From a virus (taxonomy: Duplodnaviria; Caudoviricetes), in IMG/VR virus record IMGVR_UViG_3300020045_010465, positions 1-46,092 of that record: DNA of 46,092 bases. One strand, 5' to 3'. Under the pieces are notes generated by a model, which saw nothing but the letters and a program-made list of their open reading frames with translations, was not told where the DNA came from and made no database searches. Below are positions 20,716-30,710 of this stretch, in pieces (position 1 is the stretch's first letter; the number at the start of each line of letters is the position of its first letter). Both the position numbers and the translations under genes were made by a program.

Positions 20716-21622
20716 CTAAAGCAGTTTTTTCCATTGTTCGAATCCTGATTTATGTTCGTGTTTGAATTCTTTTTTAACTAATAGTTCTGGTGTAAAATCA
20801 GATAAATCTTTTTTAATTATATAACCGTTAGTATCGTTTATCATTTCGGATGCGCTAGAATAATCCGTTGTTATTACTGTTGTGCCTAAAACCAATGCTT
20901 CTAACAAAACAAAACCGAATGCTTCATAATCTGATAACTGTAATAGAAAATCAGCATTTTTAATAAATGGAAATGGATTTTCTAATTTACCATGGAACAG
21001 CCAATTATTAGGGGCTTGTTTTTTTATTTGCTCTTCATATTTTTTATCATACCCTGATCCTACAATATTCCAAACGTAATCTAAATGTTTTATTTTTTCG
21101 TGAATTTTAAGCATCCTTTCAAATCCTTTTTCACGTGATATTCTAGAAACTGTAACTAAAGTTAGTTTTTTGTTTTTCTTTTCTTTACCCGCTAACTTAA
21201 AAATATCTGAATTTAATTCGTTATAGATTAAAGTTGATTCCTGGTTAATAAGTTGTGAATCTAACTGTTCTTTACAAATCTTTCCAACTGCAATATAATC
21301 ATCAATTTTTTCTTTAGGTAACCTAACCTTCATATCTGTTAGGCATCCGTGCAACCATCTTAATTCTCTAGTTGCTTTTATTTTATCTTTTTGGCAATAA
21401 ATCGAGCAGTAAACAACTGTATCAACTTCTAATGTTCTGTGATTAAGATTAACAATATTGGCATATTTTGACATACGAATCAGCATCTCAATATCAGAAT
21501 CTTTAGCCGTGTAAGCTATTGTAACATGATATTCTGATTGCAATTTTTCTATAAGATTTAGAATTGCAATCTCAACACCTCCTATGCTATTTATATGATG
21601 ATAGTAAAAACAAATTTTCTTC
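20716..21622 (-). CDS. glycosyltransferase, GT-B fold (GT4-like)
   Basis: GGVE N-terminal motif, VSRISREKG, ENPFPFIK.AD, SDYEAFGFVLLEAL; start likely MKKICFYY at 21622. Confidence 0.85.
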
Positions 21623-21639
21623 ATAGCCACAAAATTACA

Positions 21640-21677
21640 AAAAAAAGTATCGCAAAACACGTGGCGCGATACTTTTT
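21640..21677 (-). terminator. hairpin / terminator
   Basis: AAAAAGTATCGC...GCGATACTTTTT 12-bp inverted repeat. Confidence 0.55.
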
Positions 21678-21720
21678 CCAATTTCCCCAAATCTAATCAC
21701 TAACCTACTAGCGATGTTTT

Positions 21721-22353
21721 TTAATCTACAATTTTAATTTTATATCCTAATTCTGTTTCAATTTCTGGTTGTGTCATTGGTTTAACTTCAAACGGCTTTG
21801 CCCATATTCCTTTTAAAAATATACACCAACCATTCATTAGTAACTTATTCTCATAATCATCATATATAAATTTTGGGACACAAAATATATTGACAACACC
21901 TTTATTCCCGTTTAAAATATTGAAACAGCATCCTTGATTAAACTCTCTTCTAACCGCCTCATTTCTCAAAGCTTCTTCGATTTCTTGGTGGGTGGCCTTC
22001 CTATCCATTGTGCAAATGCCGTGGAAAGAAAAATTTTCTGTATTATCAATATGTTTGCATTTTACAGTGCCGCCGTGGCATTTTGTTACTCCTAATACTA
22101 AAACTAGACTGCCAGTAGAATGTAACCAATATTCTCCTTCTTTCGGCAACTCAACCTTATCCTGTTCAAATGCTTTTGGGAACATTTTTTTTAAATCAGA
22201 TACAATATAACTTCTTAACCTTGTCTCGCTATCGTTCCCAAATGTATTAGCTAAATGAAGTATCTGCTCTTTGGTGATTTTATAAGTTTCTTCAACTTCA
22301 ATAAACGGAACATACTTAACTCCGTCAATGCAAACTTCTAGTTTATTTTTCAT
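21721..22353 (-). CDS. hypothetical protein
   Basis: 210 aa; C-terminal MT..EIE.ELGYKIKIV tail common in phage proteins. Confidence 0.6.
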   Translation of the reverse strand: MKNKLEVCIDGVKYVPFIEVEETYKITKEQILHLANTFGNDSETRLRSYIVSDLKKMFPKAFEQDKVELPKEGEYWLHSTGSLVLVLGVTKCHGGTVKCKHIDNTENFSFHGICTMDRKATHQEIEEALRNEAVRREFNQGCCFNILNGNKGVVNIFCVPKFIYDDYENKLLMNGWCIFLKGIWAKPFEVKPMTQPEIETELGYKIKIVD

Positions 22354-22355
22354 AA

Positions 22356-22853
22356 TTATATTTTATTTAATTTGGTTAATTCTTTTTGATATGCTTGACT
22401 TGCTTCTAACTCACTATCGAAAACGCCTAAATGTTTTGATAATTTGCCTATTCTAATTCTGGAACGCCATTTATTTGTCTTTTTATGCCATCCTACGCCC
22501 ACGTATTTAGATGTTGAAAACGGACTATTTAGTTCTGTATTTTTTCTATTAGTTACTATTTCTAAGTTTTCTGAATTATTATTTGTTTTAATTCCGTCAA
22601 TATGATTAACAACCAAAGTCATTCCGCATGGGTTATGGTTTAAAAATTCAATAGCCACTAATTGATGAATGGTTTTACTTTTACTAATCTTGTTTTTAGT
22701 TAAAATAACACAATAATAACCGTACTTATTTAACCCCGCTTTAAGGATTTTTTCTTTCCCAAATCTACAGCTTTTTACACGCCCAATATTAGAAACCATA
22801 TACTCAGGATATTCTATAATTGTTTTCCATATCTCCGACTCTATTGCTTTCAT
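22356..22853 (-). CDS. NUMOD4-HNH-AP2 homing endonuclease
   Basis: EIWK.I..Y..YMVSN.GRVKS (NUMOD4), VNHIDG.KTNN...NLE (HNH), SKYVGV.W...KW..RI...HLG.F.SE.EA..AY (AP2). Confidence 0.9.
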   Translation of the reverse strand: MKAIESEIWKTIIEYPEYMVSNIGRVKSCRFGKEKILKAGLNKYGYYCVILTKNKISKSKTIHQLVAIEFLNHNPCGMTLVVNHIDGIKTNNNSENLEIVTNRKNTELNSPFSTSKYVGVGWHKKTNKWRSRIRIGKLSKHLGVFDSELEASQAYQKELTKLNKI

Positions 22854-22864
22854 AATAATTGATT

Positions 22865-23170
22865 TTAGCTTAGTTTTTTTGTTTGTGATATGTTGATAGG
22901 TAAATTTTGTTTTTGTGCTTGTATCGAGCGTTTTTTACTATATTCTCGCACTTCTTTGATTATTTCGTTATTAGGATAACATTGTACGCTAATTTGAATC
23001 TTATTTGAGTTTGATTTTTTGATAACTTCTTCAAAGTAGTCTTTGTAATTATCACCCAAACTGCATTCTGTTCTTGTATCATCTATAAAAGTCCCATCTG
23101 ATTTAATATTATATACTTTCCCTTTAGTGGTCATTTCGTCTGTTTCTCCTATGTATTTTAATTTTATCAT
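22865..23170 (-). CDS. hypothetical protein
   Basis: ORF; ATG start MIKLKYIG at 23170 more plausible than the annotated upstream start. Confidence 0.45.
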   Translation of the reverse strand: MIKLKYIGETDEMTTKGKVYNIKSDGTFIDDTRTECSLGDNYKDYFEEVIKKSNSNKIQISVQCYPNNEIIKEVREYSKKRSIQAQKQNLPINISQTKKLS

Positions 23171-23356
23171 AATTATTGATTTTTTTATTATTACATCACA
23201 AACGTACGAAATACTTTTGATATAATCGTACGTTTTTCTATTTATTTTCAAACATTCGACAAATGAACTCAAACGATACTACTTTAACCCCGTGTTTTAT
23301 CTTGAGTTCTGCTTTCTGTTCTTTTGAAAGTGAACGCCAGTATTTTAGTTGTTATT

Positions 23357-24394
23357 TCATAATTCAATAAATGAAAAGATATGTTCTATTATAGGCAAAG
23401 TCCATCCGTCTCCAAGTAATGAAGCGGCTTTGTTTCTTGAAAGTATATCACAATAATTATCTGGAAATCCTTGGAGTCTGCAGAGTTCTGTTTTTGTAAA
23501 GTATCTTAAATCTTCATTTTCAAAAACAAAGTATTCATTGTTACGTAATAGACAATTACTTTTTTCTATCATAGAACGCCCCCTTCTTGTTTTACTTTCA
23601 GGATAACTTAAATCAACACATTTTCTGTTTTCAATATCTACAAACCCAATCTTTGTCGCTTCTTTAACTCTTAAATAAGTTTTTTCATTTTTAAATATAA
23701 TTGTTGTAAATCCTCTAGTTAAAAAGCGGTGTGCCATTTTATGTTGATTTTCTGTATCGTTTGGTCTTGAATCAGATTGTAATAATACTCTAGACTTTTC
23801 TAAGTTTGTAAATCCTTTCTCAATAACGTCAGACAGCATTATTTTTCTGTCTTTCGGTTCTGGTATATCTACAACAACATCAAAAAAAGTTTGTTTAGTT
23901 TTTATGTTAGTCCAGTAATAACGGTCACGCAATTGAGCCGTCAATAAACTTGAATTGAATCTAACTGGATAGACTCCTAATGCACGGCTCATAATTCCAA
24001 TATCTAATTTATTCGCACTTCCCACATTTTCTTGAAAAAATATAACGTTTGAATTTAGTTTTTTAATATGCTCTAATATTTCAATGAACACAAAAAACAA
24101 ACTTGACTTTTTACCATTTATTCCTGCTCGTTTTCCGGCAGCACTTAAATCTTGGCAGGGGCTTCCAGATAAAACTATATTAATACTTTTCCAATCAATA
24201 TCCCATTCACGCCAATTTAATATATTTCCGACTTGAATAGTATCAGGAAAATGATGTTGAGTTAATTCAATTGCATAAGGTTTAATTTCTGAACTGTAAT
24301 ATTTATCTATTTTAAAACCTTTATTTTCTAATGCCTGTCGTCCAGTATTCATACCGTTGAACAATGATAACACTCTGATTGGTTTTTCTCTCAT
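23357..24394 (-). CDS. DNA cytosine-C5 methyltransferase
   Basis: VLSLFNG (motif I), GSPCQDLS (IV), ENV (VI), Q.R.R (VIII), RLQGFPD and LGDGW (IX/X). Confidence 0.92.
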   Translation of the reverse strand: MREKPIRVLSLFNGMNTGRQALENKGFKIDKYYSSEIKPYAIELTQHHFPDTIQVGNILNWREWDIDWKSINIVLSGSPCQDLSAAGKRAGINGKKSSLFFVFIEILEHIKKLNSNVIFFQENVGSANKLDIGIMSRALGVYPVRFNSSLLTAQLRDRYYWTNIKTKQTFFDVVVDIPEPKDRKIMLSDVIEKGFTNLEKSRVLLQSDSRPNDTENQHKMAHRFLTRGFTTIIFKNEKTYLRVKEATKIGFVDIENRKCVDLSYPESKTRRGRSMIEKSNCLLRNNEYFVFENEDLRYFTKTELCRLQGFPDNYCDILSRNKAASLLGDGWTLPIIEHIFSFIEL

Positions 24395-24439
24395 AATCTT
24401 TTAATTTTTAATTTACTCCAAACGTGGAGGGGGTTAGTA

Positions 24440-24664
24440 TTAAACCGTTTTAAAATTTAATTTACTTTGCTTTGTTTCGTATTGAAAAAAAACTTGCTTA
24501 TGTAATTGCTCATCATCTATTGTTTTTAATTGCTCGATCCTTTCGTAAATTTTAATCATTTCAGCTGACAACTTCAAAAATGAACCTCTAGGGCAGTAAG
24601 CCATGAAATACATATATCTCTGTAATTGCATTTCTAATCGGTTTCTTTGGCTTATGTGATTCAT
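24440..24664 (-). CDS. hypothetical protein
   Basis: 74 aa, coupled in operon. Confidence 0.5.
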   Translation of the reverse strand: MNHISQRNRLEMQLQRYMYFMAYCPRGSFLKLSAEMIKIYERIEQLKTIDDEQLHKQVFFQYETKQSKLNFKTV

Positions 24665-24666
24665 AA

Positions 24667-24996
24667 CTATTCTATTTTAAATTTTATAAATTCATCTCCT
24701 TTTTTAACAATAGTTTTAAGAGCATGCAGCTCATAAATATTTCTATCGTCCACTCCAAACTTTTTAACTAAACAATCAACAAAAGTCTTAATACAGTTAT
24801 CTATATCTGAACTTTTAGAACTAAAACCGAATATTAAACCTATCACAATATGATCTTTATTTGGAAATACAATTGATTTTGGCAATAAATACATGATATG
24901 GCTTATAAAAGCATCATATTTTTTAGTTCTAAATCTTTTACCTTGATAAGCTTCATTTATGCTTAGTGGTTTAATGTTAATTTTGGTGAATGACAT
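24667..24996 (-). CDS. RusA-like Holliday junction resolvase
   Basis: PLSIN.AY, DIDN..K...D.L and DDR.I motifs. Confidence 0.8.
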   Translation of the reverse strand: MSFTKINIKPLSINEAYQGKRFRTKKYDAFISHIMYLLPKSIVFPNKDHIVIGLIFGFSSKSSDIDNCIKTFVDCLVKKFGVDDRNIYELHALKTIVKKGDEFIKFKIE

Positions 24997-25005
24997 ATTT
25001 TTTTA

Positions 25006-25734
25006 TTAAAATTTATAATCTCCTTTAATGTCTAATCTTTTTTTTCTTAAAACGTGCATAAATTTAGCTTTACTTTCGTCTTTTTCCCATACTAAAATTA
25101 AATCTTCTAGCTGTTGCCTATCAAATCCATTAGTAATTTCATCAATTCGCTCCTGAACTTTATCCCAATATTTTTGACCTGAGTTCTTTTGTTTTTCGTA
25201 CGCCTTATGAACTTCATCAATTGTTAATACAGGGTTTTGTTCTGTTTTTTGTTTATAATATTCTCTTTCTCTAACTTCCGCTTTCATTTCCAAATAAATT
25301 GGATGCCACTCACCAAAAATTAAATTTGAATCTACACCCCGCATAGTACTTCCAAACTTGCCTGTACGTGCCATTTTAAAGAATAAAATAACGTCCTCTA
25401 ATGTTTCAAAACTGAATTTTTCCAAAGTATCAACAGTTAAAACTTCAATTTGGGTATCGCTCATTTTGGTTGCAAACCCGAAAGAATCCATGAATCTTTT
25501 TACCAGAATATTAACAACACTATACCCAATTTGTCCATTTTCGCCTTTAAAAACACTTCTGATTGTAGGGCTTTCAAATGTTTTAGACATACTTAAATTT
25601 ATTTCCATAACGGCTAAACTTGCAGTTCCTGAAATTATATTTTTACTTAAATCTAAAGTTTTTAGCTGTTTCAGATTGCATTGCGGTTGCAAAGATTTCT
25701 GCGTTTGATTGTTCTTGTCGTTGTTGTTTTCCAT
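25006..25734 (-). CDS. hypothetical protein, possible helicase loader
   Basis: follows the replication initiator; L.D..LFFK.AR.GKFG motif. Confidence 0.5.
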   Translation of the reverse strand: MENNNDKNNQTQKSLQPQCNLKQLKTLDLSKNIISGTASLAVMEINLSMSKTFESPTIRSVFKGENGQIGYSVVNILVKRFMDSFGFATKMSDTQIEVLTVDTLEKFSFETLEDVILFFKMARTGKFGSTMRGVDSNLIFGEWHPIYLEMKAEVREREYYKQKTEQNPVLTIDEVHKAYEKQKNSGQKYWDKVQERIDEITNGFDRQQLEDLILVWEKDESKAKFMHVLRKKRLDIKGDYKF

Positions 25735-26518
25735 TTTGTGCATTATTTAGATTGTCTACCCATTTAAATTTAAAACCGCTCCAACTATTTGTTACGCATA
25801 TTTGAAGCATATCATTTATATTACAACTTCGGCTTTCTATTTCTTTTATAAAAGAATCAAAAGCGGTTTCGGTATTGGTTGCTTTTTTTGTTTTTCTCAC
25901 CGCCATCCAATCGGAAACTAATTTTTCATCAAATCCGTAATCAACTAATTTTTTTTTGAAATTAAAAGAAGTAGTTTTTAATGGTTTTTGTTTTGGTTCT
26001 TTTTCTAAAAGAATATTGTTTAGTTTATTTTCTTCTAATTTAGTTTCTTCTACTTTACTATACTCTACTATACTTTGTGTATTATCGGGTGCTGTAGTTT
26101 TACTTTTACCCTGTTTACGTACCCCTAAACTTATTAAAAGGAGTAATAAACCATCGTAAGTGATACATTTATTTTTTCTCTTAATATAAGCATCTTGAAT
26201 ATTATCAATAAAATATTGGCACCAAATAACTTTATTTTCATCCCAAAGCATTTTATCAAATTTACCAACTTCTACCAAATCATTAACAATCGATAAAAGA
26301 ACATCTTTACTTACTTTGCATTTTGCGCTTAAAAACATCAAGGTAGTAGGCTTGGATAAATCTAAATAATGGTAGTTTGTTTTAGCTAACTCCCGAAGTA
26401 ATTTTACAAAAGTTGCAAATCCATCGTTTCCGTATGTTTCTTCAATATAAAACATCTTATTACCCTCTTCACAAATAAATGGGAAATAGTCTATATTATT
26501 TCGTTCAGGTCTAGCCAT
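25643..26518 (-). CDS. replication initiator-like protein (DUF4373/Lin1244-like N-terminus)
   Basis: MARP....IDYFP N-terminus, low-complexity linker, C-terminal W..VRK.KKA.NT.TA...W.GF domain. Confidence 0.7.
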   Translation of the reverse strand: MARPERNNIDYFPFICEEGNKMFYIEETYGNDGFATFVKLLRELAKTNYHYLDLSKPTTLMFLSAKCKVSKDVLLSIVNDLVEVGKFDKMLWDENKVIWCQYFIDNIQDAYIKRKNKCITYDGLLLLLISLGVRKQGKSKTTAPDNTQSIVEYSKVEETKLEENKLNNILLEKEPKQKPLKTTSFNFKKKLVDYGFDEKLVSDWMAVRKTKKATNTETAFDSFIKEIESRSCNINDMLQICVTNSWSGFKFKWVDNLNNAQNGKQQRQEQSNAEIFATAMQSETAKNFRFK

Positions 26519-26720
26519 TATTAACCTCGCTTTCTGTAATTTTATTAATTTCAGTTCGAAGTGTTTTAGCGAATTTAATTGCGGTTGATTTATCTAAATC
26601 AATTTCAAAATAAGTTTCTCCATGATTCCCGTAAATACCAATTATATTGTTACAAACTTCTACTTGAATATTGTCGGTTTCAACGTAACAATCCTTAAAT
26701 TTAAGCTCAAATTTTGCCAT
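26511..26720 (-). CDS. hypothetical protein
   Basis: LDKSTAIKFAKTLRTEINKI; coupled to initiator. Confidence 0.6.
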   Translation of the reverse strand: MAKFELKFKDCYVETDNIQVEVCNNIIGIYGNHGETYFEIDLDKSTAIKFAKTLRTEINKITESEVNNG

Positions 26721-26767
26721 AATAATAACCGTTTTAAGCTACGGATAAACTGTTTAGTTATAAATGC

Positions 26768-26853
26768 AAAAGTCCCACAAATCCACCGCTTCTCACTTCG
26801 GTTTCATTGTAGGACAATGTATAATATTAGCGTTGGTATAGTGTGAGAAGCCA
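26768..26853 (-). ncRNA. candidate structured cis-regulatory RNA (possible pseudoknot)
   Basis: minus strand GTCCTACAA...ACCG-aaGTGAGAAG-CGGT...TTGTGGGAC stem-loop whose loop is complementary to upstream CTTCTCAC. Confidence 0.4.
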
Positions 26854-26875
26854 ACAACGATGTAAACTTACAAAT

Positions 26876-27133
26876 TTACTTTTGATTACGCAATTGATTT
26901 TGTGTTAAAGTTAAGAACTTGTCAAACTTCTTTTTAGCTAATTTTTCAGAAGTAGCGATACATTCAAAAAAACTACCATCTGTACCAAAATAAAATTTAT
27001 ATTCTTTACACCCTTTTGGAATTATTTTTTTAGGCGGTTTGGGCGGTTCAATTTTTCTTGCTAATGGTTCGTTTGTTTGAGCAAAACTCATCATTGCCCC
27101 CATCATTGCTAATGCGATATACTTTGATTTCAT
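26876..27133 (-). CDS. hypothetical protein
   Basis: 85 aa ORF; IPKGCKEY motif. Confidence 0.55.
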   Translation of the reverse strand: MKSKYIALAMMGAMMSFAQTNEPLARKIEPPKPPKKIIPKGCKEYKFYFGTDGSFFECIATSEKLAKKKFDKFLTLTQNQLRNQK

Positions 27134-27136
27134 ACC

Positions 27137-27325
27137 CTACAATTTTTTAAGTTCTTCAAAGTCTCCTATTTCTCCCGATTTAATGCATCGTTGTTGTAGT
27201 TTTAAACCGTATAAGACAATGTTAATTGCTTCGGTAAGTTTCTTTGGTTCTGTTGGTTTCGTATCAGCTCCCAAACGCCATTGTTGGTGCTTTTTAAGTG
27301 TTTTAATGGCACGTTTTAGTTTCAT
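27137..27325 (-). CDS. hypothetical protein
   Basis: likely real start MKLKRAIKTLKKHQQWRLG at 27325. Confidence 0.55.
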   Translation of the reverse strand: MKLKRAIKTLKKHQQWRLGADTKPTEPKKLTEAINIVLYGLKLQQRCIKSGEIGDFEELKKL

Positions 27326-27521
27326 AAGTTTCTTTATAGTATTGTTCTGCTGTTTCTGGATTATAGCCCGATTTATTCCATTGTTGCCCTTTAGAATGTG
27401 CATTAATAATCTGCTGTTTTTCTTTTTCTTTCCAATAAGCTTTATCAATAGCGTTTCCATTTTTAACCTCTGGAATTGTACGTTCCAATTGTTCTATCAA
27501 TTCATCTATAACTGTCTTCAT
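27303..27521 (-). CDS. hypothetical protein
   Basis: MKTVIDELIEQL...KEKQQIINAH...AEQYYKETY pattern. Confidence 0.55.
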   Translation of the reverse strand: MKTVIDELIEQLERTIPEVKNGNAIDKAYWKEKEKQQIINAHSKGQQWNKSGYNPETAEQYYKETYETKTCH

Positions 27522-27594
27522 AATCAACAAGGTTTAAATATTACTAGCATTACAGCGATTATAATGCAAATTACTGATGTTATGGTTAAGGTTT

Positions 27595-27981
27595 TCATTT
27601 GGTATTGTTTAAGGTTAATTCTTCCCCAGTTAATGCAAAGTATAAGTTTTGTAGTTTATGGATATGTTTAAAATCTCCCTTTATAAAATTTTGCCCATTA
27701 CCAAAACATATTTCATATCCAGATAGATGTATAGATAATTCAGTCCCATGAATTATTATAAAATACCACTCATTAGAATGCTTAAGTTCATCAAAGCCAA
27801 ACTTTAATAACAAATTAGCATCTATTGTAATTGGTTTAATTGCGTTTAAATCATATCTACCACTGGGTAAGTGGTTTTCTTTCTTACAATCAACTAAATC
27901 GGTGCTTATTTGGTGTATAATCATATTGCCACCGTAATCATCCCATACATAATTCCCTATTCTTAATTCGTTTGCTTTCAT
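27595..27981 (-). CDS. hypothetical protein (ELRIGN...HxLQNLY family)
   Basis: paralogous to cassette ORF 33138-33608. Confidence 0.65.
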   Translation of the reverse strand: MKANELRIGNYVWDDYGGNMIIHQISTDLVDCKKENHLPSGRYDLNAIKPITIDANLLLKFGFDELKHSNEWYFIIIHGTELSIHLSGYEICFGNGQNFIKGDFKHIHKLQNLYFALTGEELTLNNTK

Positions 27982-28224
27982 GGTTTATAATGTTTAGTTC
28001 CGTTAAATGCTAAAATAACCGCTATTACTATTGATATGATGAATATGATAATCATTTTACGTTTATTTTAGATTCATAAATTTCAAACTTTTCTTCTGGT
28101 TCTTTAATCGGATAATGACTATCTATCATTTCTTGCAATGCTTGTTGTTTAGGCTCTTTTTGAAATGGTCTAAAATTAAGCATTTGATGCTCGTATAAAA
28201 TTGCTTTTTGTTCTGGAGTGTATT

Positions 28225-28464
28225 TCATAACTTTTTATTTAGGTTTAAAAGATAATACATTGATGTAATAACAGTAAGCCATAATGCAAAATTCCACATT
28301 CCACTAACTATTTTATCTAAAGATATTTCAACTGGATGACTCGCTTTAATGTGCCATCCTTCAATTATCAAGAATATAACAGTTTCTAATATCCATAATA
28401 CAAATCCTCCAATCCAAAATCTTTTAGCTAATTTCCAAAGTGTTTTTAATTCTTTATTTTTCAT
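28225..28464 (-). CDS. 2-TM membrane protein
   Basis: two hydrophobic helices. Confidence 0.55.
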   Translation of the reverse strand: MKNKELKTLWKLAKRFWIGGFVLWILETVIFLIIEGWHIKASHPVEISLDKIVSGMWNFALWLTVITSMYYLLNLNKKL

Positions 28465-28476
28465 AATTTATTTATT

Positions 28477-28512
28477 TAAAAGCCACCCGTTTTAATTGAT
28501 GGCTTTTGGTTT
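28477..28512 (-). terminator. probable terminator
   Basis: AAAAGCCA...TGGCTTTT inverted repeat. Confidence 0.4.
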
Positions 28513-28515
28513 TAT

Positions 28516-28878
28516 TTACCCAGCACAAATTCCTAACATTTCATTGAATAATCCCATAACTTCGCCATCGCCAGTAATTGCGTGAATTTTACTTTGAAGT
28601 TGTTGGATTTGATTTTCAGTAAAAGTTGGTTGTGCTGTCATTTCTTCTCTCATTTCGGTAATGAATCTATCAGCTCTTAATCCTATAACTTTTACGCTAT
28701 TTTCATAGGCATTTTGGTTTCTTGCTACATAAACAATATCCTTGGTTAGTTTTTCAACTAAATCAATTGTATCTTCCAAATTTGCAAGTCTTGTTATGTC
28801 GGTGTTGGACTCTCCAGTCGGTTCAATCATTCCGCATAATATTTTTGTAATGTCGTAAAGATTTTCTAATCTTTTCAT
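28516..28878 (-). CDS. hypothetical protein
   Basis: 120 aa ORF in operon. Confidence 0.55.
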   Translation of the reverse strand: MKRLENLYDITKILCGMIEPTGESNTDITRLANLEDTIDLVEKLTKDIVYVARNQNAYENSVKVIGLRADRFITEMREEMTAQPTFTENQIQQLQSKIHAITGDGEVMGLFNEMLGICAG

Positions 28879-28900
28879 AATTATATTTATTTAGATTATT

Positions 28901-29152
28901 TTAAATTCTGTTTGTTGGTATCGGAAAAAGCATAAAAGATTTTACGTTTATCTTTTGATTTTTAGTATGCTTTTCTAATTCTGGTTTTTCATCGTAAACT
29001 GAAACAAAAGACTTATCTATTTTTAAAGCTACTATTCCAGTTTTTTTAACCTCAACCGCAATACCTAATTTTATCATGTTTAAACCGCTTTTGTTTCTTG
29101 AATAACCGTAAGTACTACCTACGGTTATTTCGTTGCCTAGTGCGTCTGTCAT
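28901..29152 (-). CDS. hypothetical protein (SH3-like)
   Basis: MTDALGNEI.VG N-terminus. Confidence 0.55.
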   Translation of the reverse strand: MTDALGNEITVGSTYGYSRNKSGLNMIKLGIAVEVKKTGIVALKIDKSFVSVYDEKPELEKHTKNQKINVKSFMLFPIPTNRI

Positions 29153-29155
29153 TGA

Positions 29156-30001
29156 TTAAAAAGTTAACATTGGTATTAACTCATTTTCAATATATTTTCG
29201 AGAAGCTAAAACCATTTTTTCAGCTTTTTTAATATAGCTTTCATTGTATTCAAATTCGAAAACTTTTTTTCTTAAGTTCTCTGGCAAGTGGTCATAACTA
29301 AGTTCCTCTACAGCCATATCCCAATCTTCAATATCAGGTTCGTCTTTTCCTAAATCTCTTGAAATGTCCCAAGATAATTTATTTATTTGTTCTTCGCTCC
29401 CGTTTTCTAAACAATAACAAAGACTACCTTTTTTTAATCCTTTCAATTCTTGATAAACCTGTAGTTGTCCATAATAATTTTTATCAGGTTCAGTTTCAAA
29501 AAATGGAAAAGTAAAAGCATCAAACGGAACTTTGGCATCAATAACGATATCAGGTGTGTTAGTGTCATATTCCCCAGTGAAATATTCATTTTCTAATCCA
29601 TTTTCATTCTTTACCAACTCAACACCGTAATGTTTAGCAATCCTTTTAATTGCGCTTTCTTCCATCGCTTTACCTCTAGCAAGGTATTTAGACCTAATAT
29701 CTTTTTTCTTGCCTGTAATCTCAGATATAAGCCATTCTTTGCAGTATGATTTTGCACTTTCACTTAATATTATTTCATTAATCAAAGGCTTTAATCTTTC
29801 GATTTCTTTTTCGTTTTCGGGAATCTTTATGTTTTCAATTTCAAGTGCTGATTTACACTCTTTGTTTTTGAAACCATTAAGACGCTCATTTAATGATTCT
29901 TTTTTTAATAAAGCATCATCGTACTGCTCTTTATATGATTTTCCCGCGTGATTAGTCATTAATAAACCAATCTTTGAAGCCCTACATTTAAACTGTTTCA
30001 T
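29156..30001 (-). CDS. YqaJ/lambda-exonuclease-like recombination nuclease
   Basis: RAS, RG..ME..A, TGE.D, D.K and Y..QLQ.Y motifs. Confidence 0.75.
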   Translation of the reverse strand: MKQFKCRASKIGLLMTNHAGKSYKEQYDDALLKKESLNERLNGFKNKECKSALEIENIKIPENEKEIERLKPLINEIILSESAKSYCKEWLISEITGKKKDIRSKYLARGKAMEESAIKRIAKHYGVELVKNENGLENEYFTGEYDTNTPDIVIDAKVPFDAFTFPFFETEPDKNYYGQLQVYQELKGLKKGSLCYCLENGSEEQINKLSWDISRDLGKDEPDIEDWDMAVEELSYDHLPENLRKKVFEFEYNESYIKKAEKMVLASRKYIENELIPMLTF

Positions 30002-30506
30002 CTTGTAAAGTTTTTAATTGTTCTTCTGTTAAATCGTATTTTTCCAAAATAGCCTCAATAGTAGCTTTTTTATCTGTAATAGCTTTTTTTGCTCCTGCTA
30101 AGTCTTTTAATTCCACCAATGGTAAAATATCAATAGTCATTGGCACACGTTTGTTTTTTGAGGCTGTTACCAAAACACGGGTTGATTCTGGTATATGTGA
30201 AGCGTGGCTAATTCTTATCCCTCCAGTTTCTACACCCGCCCATTTAACAGAATCATCACGATAAATCGTTAATCTTCTACCGTGAAATACTAAGCTGTCT
30301 GCGCCCCATAATTGAACCAAAACTCTACGCATAGACTTACACGGCTTGAACGGCTTGTTATTATCTCCGTAAAAGTAAATAGATACGGGTTGTGCATCAT
30401 CTTCACCGCCTTTAATGTTTCTGATTTTAATTGTTTTTGAACCAGAAATTAAATCGTCTGCGTTTAATTGGTCAGACTTTGGTATAATTGTTTTTGATAA
30501 ATCCAT
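29988..30506 (-). CDS. putative ssDNA-annealing/recombination partner of the exonuclease
   Basis: PKSDQLNADDL...KPCKSMRRVL...GGIRISH; coupled to the exonuclease; function inferred from position. Confidence 0.5.
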   Translation of the reverse strand: MDLSKTIIPKSDQLNADDLISGSKTIKIRNIKGGEDDAQPVSIYFYGDNNKPFKPCKSMRRVLVQLWGADSLVFHGRRLTIYRDDSVKWAGVETGGIRISHASHIPESTRVLVTASKNKRVPMTIDILPLVELKDLAGAKKAITDKKATIEAILEKYDLTEEQLKTLQDETV

Positions 30507-30510
30507 AATC

Positions 30511-30708
30511 TTAATTTTTAATTGGTTCTACTAATTCATAATCTACATTGATACTCGATAATGGTTTGTCGAAATTTGGGTCGCTTAAACGTATTTTAAA
30601 AGCACGTTCTTTTACCTTTCGCAATTCCTTATTCAAACGTTTATTTTCTTTCTGTAAAGCCTCGATTTGATGCCTGTACATTTCTTGTAGTTGTTCTTGT
30701 GCGCTCAT
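30511..30708 (-). CDS. hypothetical coiled-coil protein
   Basis: 65 aa ORF. Confidence 0.5.
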   Translation of the reverse strand: MSAQEQLQEMYRHQIEALQKENKRLNKELRKVKERAFKIRLSDPNFDKPLSSINVDYELVEPIKN

Positions 30709-30710
30709 AA

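Noticed and set aside
27326-27460. N-terminal extension of ORF 27137-27460
   Set aside because: It overlaps the more plausible 27303-27521 gene; start reassigned to 27325.
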